Positions 1-13,107 of a DNA stretch of 64,000 nucleotides are shown here, one piece after another; within the stretch, counting starts at the first letter, position 1; the number at the start of each line of letters is the position of its first letter. The notes beneath the pieces are model-generated. The model had not been told where the DNA came from. It worked only from the letters and a program-made list of their open reading frames with translations, and did no database searches. The position numbers were made by a program, and so were the translations under genes. Source of the DNA: Tubulanus polymorphus. Its lineage: Eukaryota > Animalia > Nemertea. The stretch lies in contig NC_134030.1 in the NCBI RefSeq assembly GCF_964204645.1, forward strand, positions 14,694,110 to 14,758,109, written 5' to 3'.

Positions 1-1532
1 TACCGCGGGTTCACCCACGTGAACACCCGCTGATCTCTGCGGCTAAGCCAATCATAGAGGAGTCTTTGCTTTCTGATTGGTTTTTTAAAACGGATATTTT
101 TGCGAAAAAGCTCATATAAATTTTAACGAGCCCCTCTTTCAAAATTCAGCTTCATAGAGGATGGAGAACGGATAATGCTCTAATGAATGATTTGTATGAA
201 TTTATGCTCAGTTTCACAGTCAAAGAGCCTTAGCTCTGGCAACCATGTCATTTAAATTTGCTCCATTTGTATGGTTATAGGCTCAGTCTATGGCTGGCCT
301 AAAAATCAAGGGTTTTTATTATATTCAGAATGGAGAATGGATTTTATTCTATCAATACTGTTACTAGCATTAACACATTCAAAACTCTTGAGTGAAAGAA
401 ATAAACAAACAATTTACTGAGAAAGCAATTCACTGACCTGATGTAATCATATTGCATCAAAACAAATACATGTACCAGGACACAATTAAGCAAGGTGTTA
501 CTTTAGGGTAGTGAATTGATAATTTTCTATTACACAATATTCCATTGATTGTTATGTATTAGTCAAAAATATTAACTCTATACTAATTTCAGCAGCAAAA
601 ATACAGGTAAAGATTTATATATTGCAAAGTTTTGATAAACACACAATATTTCATTGATTAGTTAAATACATCTAGTCTATACACATTTCAGCAGCAAGTA
701 AATTATTGATTTACGAATTGTAAATTTTTGATTTACACAATATTTCATTGATTTTTATGTATTAGTTTAAAAAATTGTAACTTAGTCTTTACTTACAGTA
801 AGTAAACTATTTACACAGGTATACCAGCAGTAGAATAACCCAAATTGCAATTCTTTGGTGAACACAATATTTCATTCGCTAACTACAGACAATAACATTA
901 TAACCATCACTTATAGGGGTCATGAAGAGGTTTTTGAGATATGGCTAAAAGTATTTTTTATCATCAATCATAACTTATTGATTGATTTAGTGGTCAAGAA
1001 ATTAATTTTCAATTCTTCAATTAGTGTTAAAACGAGACTTTCGATTGGCCGCGCTGATGCCTTCCCAACCCGGAAGTGTGAAGTCATTCTGAGAACCCAA
1101 ACCATAACAACATGGTGAAGTGTATTGAAACAAACAGCGATTAAAGTGCAAAATAGTGACTCAAATACATCAGATTCCAATCAAACGTCTAAAGTTTAAG
1201 AAGCCAACTGTTCATCATTCCATTTAATTTGGACCTGATGCCTCAGAACAAAGCAACTTGTGACTATAGTACAGCACATTTCTACGTCAAGAAGCAGCGA
1301 GCATTCGTCATCATTTAAGTCATTCCCTCTATGTAAAAACCATGCGGAGGGGATGACTGATATAGACATCGCAGATATTTCTGTGGGTAGAGATATTTTT
1401 ATCCAGTACTGAACCATAAAAGCGTCCTGATAAAATAACACTACCCGGTATGCTTTCAAAACAGCACGAGACAGACAAATTAAATTGGGATCAGTTATGA
1501 AAACAAGATGTTTAGCTACCAAAGTACTGACT

Positions 1533-2720
1533 TCAGATATCCCTCACAGCAATAAACTCTGATGCAACTGATTCAGCAGACAAGGAGTCAGTGACGTCGT
1601 TGTGCACGTGCAAGAGCATTAGATGATTCAGCCGCTGCCGAGTCATAGTTGACCGCAGGTAAGCTTTCAGTAAACAGAGAGCACTGAAGGATCTTTTTGA
1701 AACCGCGTTTTTGGCTGGCATAGCAACTAACAACACAGTAACACAGTAACTATTTCTGATAAGAATTCTTTTTCTGCTGAGGTGCGCATCTAAACCTTTT
1801 TAATCACATCTCGAATCGTAATTCAAGCTTAAAAGATCTGCTGAACCTCCAGTCAATTTGCCTGAACATCACCGGATGGAGTGATGTCCTTATCACACTG
1901 TCTAATTCATCCTTATAGCATAAGCCAGTAGCAGCTTTCAGTAACAACTGCTCGACATTTTGATAAATTGTATACCCTGGCTGCTCAAACCTGGAAAAAC
2001 ACTATTCATTACTAGATCCAGAGCTTCGAGCTAACGACTTCTTATCAACTGAGAAATCAAAGTATGCGTGAACTCCTGTCCAGTTCCATGTTCATACAAA
2101 GGATTTCTTCTACACTGCCTCAGTAATATAGGTTCATCTATACCAAGATTTTCATTACGAGACTCTGTACACTTTTTCATACCATAAATCAAAACTGCCA
2201 TCATTTCTTACGCTCTTCAAAGTGTCCACACACTTCCGCGTGATAGCATGTCCCTCTGCTGCACTGGTATTGGGATTTTGGAGGGTACGGGAAAGATTTT
2301 CAACCTGTTCGAAGAGCAGCTCTCCCAGACAAAGACCAAAGAAGAAATCCTGACATTAACAGCACTGATTCTGGCACGCACGTCTTGGTCGGAGACTTTA
2401 GTAACAATTAGTAACAGATTCCTAAAGAAAAAGATACTTCATTTTAACATTTGTTCTTTCATCATCAACAAAAAGTAAATAAGTTCTAGGTCTCAGAGGT
2501 TACTTTTTTATGAATTGCTGTCTAAAGATCTCAATTTGGAACCATTAACCCCAGAATACTCTGCCACAGCAAGTTATTTGGCCCATAAAGATGGGGAAAA
2601 ATATATCAAATTGAAATTCAAGCACAGATTCCTGGACTACTCAGGTTGCCAACCAGTTGTGTTTAAGTAAATTACTTACATCCCACAAATCACGTAGATG
2701 TGCGTAATTTTCACGTACTT
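1533..2720 (-). pseudogene. hAT-superfamily (ZMYM1-like) transposase remnant, C-terminal part
   Basis: C-terminal hAT dimerisation-like motif (KRSFSAL..LKAYLRSTMTRQRLNHLMLLHVH) in ORF 1533-1736. Upstream minus-strand segment reads FFFGLCLGELLFEQVENLSRTLQ.P..SAAEG. Many stops and frameshifts. Confidence 0.75.
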
Positions 2721-2906
2721 TGCGTTGGGCACAGCACTCTTATTCCAGGCTTAGGGTTTTTATCTGGATTTGCCTCTTTGATTTGTTGAAATGTTGCTTG
2801 TCTGCCATACTGGGAACTATTTATAGTATAGGGACTGAAATAGAATATTTGTTAAATACATTGAAAGTGAATAAAAATAAACATAATCAGGCACTCTTAG
2901 TTAAAT

Positions 2907-3025
2907 CTAATCTAGTACTGGCTCATCGCTGGCTGCTTGCTGAATCTCATCTAGTACTGGCTCATCATCGATGGCTGCTTGCTGAATCTCATCTATTGGT
3001 TCATCATCGATGGCTGCTTGTTGAT
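2907..3025. repeat. Short tandem repeat, about 40-bp unit, about 3 copies
   Basis: CTAGTACTGGCTCATC(ATC)GATGGCTGCTTGCTGAATCTCAT repeated. Confidence 0.8.
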
Positions 3026-4191
3026 TGGCTAGTTGGTTATTGTTACTATTGCGATCATTCTTTTGGTTACACCCCGAGCCTGCGCACAAAAGATGCCCTT
3101 AAAATGACCATTTAAACACAAAAAGTAACCTTTTTAAAAATTGATTAGGCACGCCCAGATTATTTTTTTAAATAATCTAAGTCCCCTTTTAAATAATACA
3201 CCCCGGGCCCGCACACAAAAGATGCCGTTTTCAACATTTAAAACACATAAGTGCCCTTTTTAAAATTCTAGGCCCACAAAAATTTAACTCGCACAAAATG
3301 TGCCCTTTTTAAAAATAAGACCCAATTTAAGTGCTCTTAAAATCATTATACCCTACACGAAAAGTGCCCTTTCCATAAGGCCCAAATTCATTAGTTAGTC
3401 TGTTACACGAATCGATATACTACACTACTGCTACACATCAGTCACATTTTTATTTTTTTTTGTGAAAAATGAAAAACATACCTAAACAGGCTTCCAAAAG
3501 TACAGCATCGCTTGGCTTCAGACTCCAATGCCTTCTGCTGCTCTCTCACCCTCCATTGGCGGGCTGGCATGATTAATTTCTTACTTTACAACATGATTAC
3601 GATGATTAACGACAAAATAATCAATTTTCGGAATGCTTTTCTGTGAAATCCGAACCCGGAAGTAAAACAATGCAACGCTAGCGATCCTAATAACCTGAAT
3701 TGCAGAAACCGGTAAGCTTACGATACCATAGTGGTGAGCAGTGTCGAATCCCACAAAAGGCAACATTACCACGGAAAATGTATTCACGGCTAACGATCAC
3801 AAGTGACTCAGTACATATGTAACCGGCTGGTTGTTGTATCGGCAGGCTGGCTGGGGAACTAGCATTTACACCAGCGGTACAGGATTCCATCCATCAGGAA
3901 CAACAAGGCAGTTAAACCTTATATGTACAATCTTTATTGCATCCCGGAATGAGAATGATTATCATAGCTTTACATAGTCTTTATATACAGAATCATGAGT
4001 ATAATGTGAGAACTAGGTGTCAGACAAGTTGTAGACATCAGGACTCACAAACAAACACCTAGTGACACATTTGAGAGACATTAATTAATTATCGATGAGC
4101 ACTGACTATAGCTAATTATTGTGAAAACATATTGAGTAATGTCACATGTTGATTACGACCTTAAAGCACATATTGACACTATAGTCATAAG

Positions 4192-4247
4192 TTATATTAT
4201 ATTATTATTATTATTATTATCATTATTATTATTATTATTATCATTAC
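4192..4247. repeat. (ATT)n microsatellite
   Basis: Direct reading. Confidence 0.9.
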
Positions 4248-4337
4248 TAATATGTAGTAGAGCTATGAAATGTTATGAACTGATCGATATGACATTGTAG
4301 ATCTATATGATTATGAAATACGCAAATTATATCAGGG

Positions 4338-7130
4338 TGACACATATTTCTCGAACCCCCAGACTCCGACTTCTCCGAAAGAGGGAGAAAAAGTCTTTCA
4401 CTGGACTTACGCATGGGCTCGGAGCGGGACAGGAACATCCTCAAAGCCCTGACTGGGCACAAGGCCGAGGCAAATCACCGGAAACTCCCTGAGTCAGCGC
4501 CTCAATTCTCCACTCCCTGCCCACAGAGGATGGCTTCTGGTTTTTCGCCAGGAACGACAATCCCGGGGGAAGCTAAACAAACTGGTCAAGGGGGCCAAAA
4601 ACAATATGACCAGGCCGAGCCAACAAGGCATGAAGCTCCGACCTGCGCGCCGCCATAACTAAACACAGTAAAAACACGGTCTTCTTGCTAAAGGCTCGTA
4701 CGGAGCCGAAGTCAGACCATCAAATCCCATGGGGGAAGATCCCGGACCACCCTCGGACGAGAAATGGAAAACTTCGCAATCAGCTATGAAATACGAGGAT
4801 CTGCCGTGACTGACGGAAGGCCTGCCAAGCGATGGGTATGGGAGATCGCCGACCTATAGCCTTTCACTCCACAGACTTGAAAACCTTTCCTTGCAAAGAA
4901 AAAGGAAAAAATCGACTAAATCCGCTACAGAGGGTGAGGGAGGATCCACCTGTCTCCCACGGCACCAATTACTGAAGAGCTCCCACTTGGAGTCGTTAAC
5001 GAGACCTGTCGAGGGTCGTCTCGAAGTGACGATATATGAGGCAACGTCTGCCAGAAAACCTTCACTCTGGAGACTCAATGGACAGCGGCCACGCATGAAG
5101 ATTGAGCCAATGTAGATTGGGGTGTCATTTGAACCGACCCTGCGACAGAAGCGACGAAAACACCGGGGGAACCCTGGGGCTGTCGCACAAGAGCTGGATC
5201 AGAATGGTGAACCATGACTGGGTTGGCCAGCAGGGAGCCACCAGGACCAATTCGCAGTTGGTTGCTTGTTCCAACCAGGAGAGTGCCTCGCCGATGAGAG
5301 GGATCGGGGGGAATGCGTACGCATGGAGATCCTCCCAGTCTTGAGCTAATGCATCAACCGCCCATGCCTGGCCGTCCGGGAAGGGAGACACAAACGCTGG
5401 GCACCGAGGGTTGAACCGCGTGACAAATAGATCCAAGGTCGGCATCGCCATTAGGGATCTCACCTTGTTGGCCACCTCCTGATGTAGCGACCATTCCGTC
5501 GGAATGGGACGATCTTGACGCGATAGGGCGTATTGCGACCAGATTGAGTTCGTCCGCTAGGTGCGCTACTGACAGAACCGGCGAGAACCTTCGAGGTGAG
5601 TGCCCAGCCGTAGTGGCTGGCATCCGTAAATAGGAGAACTGGAGCATCGAGGGGAGCCAATGAGGAACCCTTTATTAAGTTCCGCGGTCAAGTCCACCAC
5701 AGCAGGCTTGGAAGGAGGTCCACCGGCGGCAGAGGCAGCAGGGAGTCCCAGAAATCGCCGGAAAGAGACTAGTAGGTCTTCCAAAACCTCCGCAGAGCAC
5801 GCCCGTGCAGACGACCCAGAGGGACGATCAGAGACATGGAACTTATCGGTCCCAACACCTGCGACCAAAAACGAGCGGAACGCTGTGTTCCACTGGTCAA
5901 GCCGAGAACCGCCGATGTGAATTCCTCTATTCGGCTGTCCGCCGGCCGGACTATCCCGCGAACGAGATCGAAAAAAATTCCGAGATGAAGGAATTTCTGC
6001 AATGGGGCCAGCTGGGACTTTTCTTCGTTTACGAGGAAACCTAATTCCCGAACACGATCGATCGAGCGTCTCTCCGATAGCTCTTCGACATTCTTCCTCC
6101 GAATTGCCTACCACCAGCCAATCGTCTAGGTATACAAAAAGACGAATACCTTTCCTTTGTAGCCTTTTCTGGACAGCCTTTACGACCTTGGTAAATACCC
6201 AAGGGGCTGAACCCAGGCCGAAGGGGAGGGACGTGAACTGATAGTGGACGCCTTTCCACTTGGAGATACTGCTGTGACTTCGGGTGCACCGGCACTTGAA
6301 AATAAGCGTTTTTCAGGTTGATAGAAGCAGCCCATTGCCCGAGTTTCAGGCCTTGAATGACTCCTTTGGGGGTCGTCATTTCGAATTTTGGGCAGTCGAG
6401 AACTTGTTTAGTAGAGAGAGGTCTATCACCATCCGAAGGCCGCCGGACGCCTTGGGAACGGTGAAGATCCTGGAATACCAACCCCGAGAGGAATGACCCC
6501 AAACGCGATGCAGGGCTCCTTTTTCGATTAGCTCCTGGATCGCCGGGGTAATGTGCTGCTCCTGACTTTTCTTGGGTCGCATGTCCAGAGGGGAGCTTCC
6601 CAAGGGAGGTTTCTTTCTGATCCTAAAATTTTGTGGGCGACGCTCACTGTGCGCACTTAACGAGCGATCCGCCGAGTTCCTGACTGAGACCGGACCGGGG
6701 ACTGAGTTCTTTAATGCGACTGGGACCGGGAAATCAGACGTGACCGGGCCCGTTGGCGCGAATTAGATCCCGTGAAGACGGAATCCGCCGGGACTGAACC
6801 CGGCGCACCTCCCGTAGGAGGTGGGTCCGAAACCTGCGTGACCGGTCGATCAAGAGCCGGGGGAGCAGGAATACTCGGAGAGTTAGTAACCATTGACGTA
6901 TTGTCAACGCTACTATTCGACTTCTCTTTCCGAGAAGCATAGGAGCGAGACTTGTCGGCCCGTTTCCAGGTGGCTTCATCCCACTCCAGACATGTTGCAC
7001 ATATCTGAGCCCTAGAACACGGAGCTCCGTGTAAGGTCGCCCGGCATTTCTGGCACGCGAGGTGCGAATCCCACTGCCCGAAAAACCTAGTGCAACTCAC
7101 ACCAGAACAGCGTTTTTGCCCTATGGGGGC
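4338..7130 (-). mobile_element. Degenerate DIRS1-like tyrosine-recombinase retrotransposon (gag ZnF, RT, RNase H, methyltransferase-like domain, YR fragments)
   Basis: GC-rich island. Cys/His-rich gag N-terminus (6711-7100). RT motifs YSRIFTVPKASGGLRMVIDL, LPFGLGSAPWVFTK and YLDDWL. RNase H LFTDAS..GW. MT-like DLF...AVDAL...YAFPP. YR fragments RRPST..SKWELFSNWC and CPVRALR..L. Frameshifted and internally deleted. Confidence 0.9.
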
Positions 7131-7668
7131 GGAAAATCCACTCGATTCGATCCCCCAACCGACCGATCACGATCAATATCGACAATCTTCCACTTCTCTG
7201 TCTCGATCAGTGACTGTTAATCATATATTGACAACCAGATGGGCGTTTAACAACCGATAAATTCAACCGATTTTCCAACCAAACAATTCAAGCAGTCTTG
7301 CTCACACCGATGCGAGCGTAAAAAGATGGTGAATCTCCCGTTGAGGGCACTTCTAGGCCTATACGGGTTCTCAAAGTCGTTATCTCTGGCGTTATTTCCG
7401 GCCAAGCTAGCGTTGGCTATGTATATTTTTACAGGGAACGTATTGAAGGGAATGTATCTGACAATTTGACTAGCACTGATAATTGGATAAGTTATAGGCC
7501 TATGCACTGATTACCCAGTAACATCGTTTCAGCAAACACTTTAGACAAATCGTCACGTAACATTTCCCTATCCAATATGGCGTCCTATTGAAAGATCGTC
7601 ATGATTCTTAGTCTGAATACCAGTCGTTGTTATGGTTCCCTACAACGTCAGACGCTAAAGTATCATAT

Positions 7669-10600
7669 AGAGGTTAACTCCTGTTGGGGGAATTCACTAA
7701 TTTCGGCCGGGTTTCACTAGCAAGTAAGTTATTAGTGTCAAATCAAACCTTTGTACTAAAACATATTAATTGGTTACCTTGTTGACTTTGAAAACGTGTT
7801 TTATAATAAAATTTTTGATGATTTAAATCGCGAACCGGAGAATTTATTGATTTGATTTGAATTGCAGGGGTAAAAACGGCCCATATTGAAAAAGTCGGAA
7901 AATATTTTCAAAAAAAAGAATTTTTTTGGGGAAAAAAAATCGGTAACTTTTAGCCAAAAAACTTACTTCCTTTTGGTCAAAATGTTAATAGTTTGGGCCT
8001 GAATTAGAGCTGCTTTTTGAATGAGCCATATTGGTTTCTCCGACTCCACAGTTGTGCTAACAACTGCCGAAAACCATCTTAAGGAGCACTCCTAACTACG
8101 GAGCGCTCCGATGTGACGCCCATGATTTAGGTGATTAAAGCGATTGAGGTGATTTACACTGTTCTCAAGAATAAAGAAAATGTTAGAAAAGGTCAGAAAT
8201 CCGTCTATGGTCGGAAGATTTTCATCCCTGGAATTAAATTGATTGCCACTATCGGGATTCCAAAAAGAACTAAATTAATAAAATGTGAAAATTCAATATA
8301 GGCTATCTCTCTAAAATTACTCTAGGCCTATATGTTATTTTTTGTTGATAGGCCTAAAACGCATCAATTATGGTCAATTTTAACCTTAAGAATTTTAAAC
8401 AAGAATAATATCTGCATCGGCATCAATGTCAGTCCAAGTTTAAGTCCGAATCCGTACGCTCCCACCATGCACCACGAAAAGCCGCCATATTTGTCATGGT
8501 GCTTCACTTCAACTGTTTTTTGAGGCTACTAGTCAAAAGTTTTGAGCTAGGCCTACTACGATCGGCCTACTAAAAGCTACTTAGCATTACAAATTTATGC
8601 ACAAATAGTTAACTTCCATCTGATTACAGAACAGTCAGTCTGAGGTAAGTTGATGGTGTTTTAAGGGGTGAAATAGACGCTAAAAATTAACATTATATGA
8701 GCACTTTCGCCCTACTGTCTGTCACACCTACTCTCCGTGCGACGTTTTTGTCCTTAATTTTGTTAATAATCGGTTTATCTACCTTTATTACGCATCAATT
8801 TGGTCAGTGTGGAATTTGCATTCAGAAATAAACAACAGTGGATGTTGTTTGAGGGGGTCATCCTTATTACCGAGATGACCTATTTTACCGAGACGAACCG
8901 AGATGAAATGAAATATAGCATATTTATTTATTTCTTATCGATTTTAAAACTTGAAATCATGTTATATCAGTAGGCTAATAAATACCTTCTAGAGTCATAT
9001 TTTACATATTTTTTTTATTTAAAAAAATTTTGACTCCAAATACGTAAACTCGGTTAGCAATAAAATTTCATTGAATTTGATTGATCGACGATCTTATCTT
9101 GGTAAAGTTAAGTTATTTTTCTACAAAAATATCCGACAAAATATGTAAAATATGACTCCAGCAGGCATTTATAACTGATATAATATGATCTCAATGGTAA
9201 AAATCGATAAGGAATAAATAAATATGTCAAATTTAATTTCATCTCGGTTGATCTCGGTTCATCTCGGTAAAATACGTCATCTCGGTAATAAGGATGACCG
9301 GTTTGAGGAACAACAGCTAGGTACTAGACTACATGATTCTGAGATAAAAACTGGGCCCAAAATCTACTTTCTATCATGGCTAGTGAAGATATCATAAAAT
9401 AAATCACTGCATTGGATTCCGTGAGACATTCTGAAGCTAGAACAGTTGCAGTTAGGCTAGTTTTAATACGGGATAGGCCTATCGACAAATTCAAGTTCTG
9501 CAATTTCTCGTTTGATGACTTGAATTTGTCGATATCCCATAGGCCTGGTCGATGTTTCGCGTCCGGTTAGTCAGTAACCTGACTGTGGTTTAGTTTCACG
9601 ATCCGATATTTTCACAAACCACAGTCAGGAATGGGAAGGTCATTTCAATGAAATTTTCACGAGTAATTTGCCTGGCATTTCATTGTCTCTTAAGATATCC
9701 GTCTAATTTCTGTTGTAATCAACGCACAACATATTCGTAGTTTGTTTGATCCCCATAAAACCTCACCTGACGATCTTAATACATGTGCAAATCGGCCGTA
9801 AAGTGTGAGTAAATTTCCGTCGATTCGACTGCTGCCATTTTGAAAACGTGTGGAGGGTGCCGGCACCCGTGGACTGAGGCCAGGACCACAACACAAACTA
9901 ACGAAACGAAACGACGAAATTGAAAAAATTAAGAAATCAACACTTATTCACGTTTTCTTCAACCAAAATTTATTTTTTCATCATTTATTGTGGAAAACAC
10001 GAAGATTTGAAATATAAGTTGGAAAACTATCAAAAATAAAAAATGTCGTTTCGTTTTGAAAGTTATATAAATCCTTGGAGGTCACCTATTCTATCATGCC
10101 AAATGTATGCAATACAGAGAAATGGTGGTCAATGGCGAAATTTGTGGAGAAATTGATTAATTTCTCAAAATAATGTTGATTAATCGCTCGAAACATAAAA
10201 TTGGATTACTTCGAAAGGTTTACCTGTGTTAGTTTGTGATTTAAGCCATTAATTGTGGACTGAAAAGTGAATAGAAAGTATATTTTTGAATAGTCTAGTA
10301 CCTAGCCGTTGTTCCTGAAACAACGTCTAGGGCGAAAGTGCTCATATAAGGTTAATTTTCGTCCCTCATTTTGAGGGACGAGGCTTTGAGCATCTATTTC
10401 ACCCCTTAAAACACCATCAACTTACCTCAAACTGACTGTTCTATAATCAGATGGAAGTTAACTATTGATTGTGTATAAATTTGTAATCCTAAGTAGCTTT
10501 TGACGATCGTAGTAGCTCAAAACTTTTGACTAGTCGCCTCAAAAACAGTTGAAGTGAAGCAACATAACAAATATGGTGGCTTTTCGTAGTGCATGATGGG

Positions 10601-10988
10601 AGTGTAAATTACGGATTCGAACTTAAACTTGGTGCCAATGCAGATATTATTCTTGTTTCAAATTATTAAGGTTAAAATTAGCCTAACCAAAATTTATGCA
10701 TTTTATCAACAAAAAATAACATTTAGGCTAGAGTAATTTTAGAGAGACATACGTATTGAATTATCACATTTTGTTAAATTAGTCCGTATTGGAAATCCCG
10801 ATAGTGGCAATCAATTCAAATCAAATCAATAAATTCTCCGGTTCGCGATTTAAATCATCAAAGATTTTATTATAAAACACGTTTTCAAAGTCAACAAGGC
10901 AACTAATTTATTTATTTTAGTACAAAGGTTTGATTTGACACTAAAATCAGTTGTTGCATTGCAATTAGCCTAACAGGAGTTAACCTCT
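7669..10988. mobile_element. Long-TIR (foldback) non-autonomous DNA element with AT flanks and AGAGG termini (ISL2EU/Harbinger-like, tentative)
   Basis: at|AGAGGTTAACTCCTGTT ... AACAGGAGTTAACCTCT|at. Inverted similarity continues for several hundred bp (7669-7864 and 8236-8712 versus 10328-10988). Related fragments at about 40677 and 42733-42996. Confidence 0.7.
8855..9300. mobile_element. Palindromic MITE with 8-bp TSD
   Basis: GGTCATCCTTATTACCGAGATGAC...GTCATCTCGGTAATAAGGATGACC. GTTTGAGG is duplicated at 8847-8854 and 9301-9308. Confidence 0.85.
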
Positions 10989-12285
10989 ATTTCACCAAGA
11001 ACCTTAGTGTCTGTGATGTACCACAGACACTAAGACACGAACGACATTTTCTCAATACTCTTAAATCACTGTGACTTTAAACCACTAGAAATCCAGTTTC
11101 ATCAAACCGATTGTGAAAAATAAACTCTCTTTACAAACCTCAAACATTCAGTTTTCTTATTATTATATTCATTCGGAGGTTCCTTCATCATAGTCCGTGC
11201 TTGATGCGATATAAATGCAGGCCTAAGCAAAAATGACACCATTTTTTAACTTTGAAACTAGGCATTGTAACACTGTAGTTCGTTAGCAACAAGACAACTT
11301 GAGCGATGCGTGTCTCATCGCTAAACAGCGCATCATTTTTGTATCTTGAATTTAATCGTACTAGAATCAGATTTATCGTCAAAATTATATAATGTCGAAC
11401 AAACGTAAGACATCATAAGGTTAGTGTACATAGTTTATTCATCAAAATCGGTTGTTTATATGCTGAGATATCGCAGTTTGAACACGGACAAAAAGGCTGA
11501 CCAAATTCTGGTCGGCAACTGTACAGCGAATTTGAATGCACGCGTCTGGGTGGTTGGTTACACTAGGATCGTAGATCACTGGTGGAGACAACCACTGCCA
11601 GTGCTGGGTGAAACCTCTATCTATAGGCCTATGATACTTTAGCGTCAGACGTTGTACGGAACCGTAACAACGACTGGTATTCAGACTAATTTTTGAAGTG
11701 TTACTTTTTTCAACCGTGTTTTGGCCCTTGTCATCCCTAACGTTGAACGGTATAAGCCCATCCGATTATAAAAAGCTTACCACCAACGATTAGGTAACTA
11801 AACTAGCGTCGGGTAATTCCGGATTTTCATGTATTTACTTCATCCCTTCTGGTTGAATTGTATTTATAATTATTAATGTATAGGCCTACCTTTCTGAGTG
11901 CGGGTTCGAAACCTTATTCTCTATTTCTACTTTGGAACATTATTTATTTACCTTCTTGTTGATACAGTATATAGTTAGGCCTATTATCGGTAACGGTTTA
12001 ACTGCAGCGTCAAGGTGAGAGGACCCGGGCCTGTGACGGGACATGGGTCCTCTCAAGGGACAAATGTAGAATTCTTACATGAAACGTCGATTCCAATGCT
12101 AGCGGTTTCGAGTCCCAATATTCTTATGTATTCTGCCTTTAACGATTAAATAAATTCACCTATCGATTATTATTATTACATTTTCCATTTTGATTTCATT
12201 TATGAATAGATAACGGCTTACCGATAAATCCTAATTTAATTAAATTCTAATTAACTGCATGGCCAGAGAGACAATAGGGGATATG

Positions 12286-12452
12286 AGTAATAGGGATAAT
12301 AGGGGTTCATACCAAAGGTCGAACGGTCGAGTAAGTAAAAAATTGAAATAAATCCTCGCAAGCTCGAATTTATTTTAATTTTTTACTCACTCGCCCCTTC
12401 AACCTTTGATATGAACCCCTATTATCCTATTAATTATCCTACTATCCCTATT
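12286..12452. repeat. Terminal imperfect palindrome (hairpin) of copy A
   Basis: AATAGGGGTTCATACCAAAGG...AAATAAAT-loop-ATTTATTT...CCTTTGATATGAACCCCTATT. Confidence 0.9.
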
Positions 12453-12750
12453 AAAATATTCATGTTTTAAAAGTGAGAGTAAAATGTTAACAGAATAATC
12501 TAGAAAATAAGATCAAATATAGATTTCGAATGATAAAATATAATTTTTAACATAAAAAGTAACGAGTATTAACGAGTAAAATAATTCATATTTAAAACAT
12601 TGAATATTTATATTTATATGCGTTAGATTCTTATTTTTAAACATAAAAAGTGTGAGTAATTAACAAGTGAAATAATTCATATTTAAAACAGCGAATATTT
12701 ATATTTGAATAACTTCTAAAATCAATTCTAATAAAAGATTTGATATTAAA

Positions 12751-13107
12751 ATGGAGAGTACCGAACAAGTGCACAGTGAGAACAACAAATCGTTTCTAGA
12801 TAGAATAAAAGATATCACAAATGCTAAATCTGTAGATTATAGATTTAAGAAGTTAAATGAACTAACAATTCATAAGAAATATCTAATTACAAATATTGAT
12901 ACAGTTACTAACAAATATGGAGATGAATTAGTTATTCACTTAGAATATGAAGGATTGAAAGGAAATACATATAAATTCAGAACATATTTACCAGATAGAT
13001 TTCATAGATTATCTAGTGAAGATTTAGAAGAATTATGTTCAGGTGATTTCTATTTCATATATAAAGGTAAGAATGAAAAAGGGCACCATGAAATAGATTT
13101 CGAATAA
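12751..13107 (+). CDS. Small Polinton-associated protein, putative OB-fold/ssDNA-binding (copy 1)
   Basis: Intact 118-aa ORF, near-identical to 26263-26616. FKKL.EL...KKY.I...NKYG..LV..L...F..YLP.RF pattern. Fold is an inference. Confidence 0.7.
   Translation: MESTEQVHSENNKSFLDRIKDITNAKSVDYRFKKLNELTIHKKYLITNIDTVTNKYGDELVIHLEYEGLKGNTYKFRTYLPDRFHRLSSEDLEELCSGDFYFIYKGKNEKGHHEIDFE

Larger units (their letters stand above)
7609..11688. mobile_element. Non-autonomous TIR element with TAG...CTA termini (Academ-like), containing nested inserts
   Basis: About 58-bp TIR TAGTCTGAATACCAGTCGTTGTTA(T/C)GGTTCC..ACAACGTC.GACGCTAAAGTATCAT at both ends. No clean TSD. Confidence 0.65.

Noticed and set aside
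855-1522. Short ORFs near the window start
   Set aside because: No recognisable domain or consistent splice structure.
4307-6766. Plus-strand ORFs in the GC-rich island
   Set aside because: Antisense shadows of the minus-strand DIRS genes.
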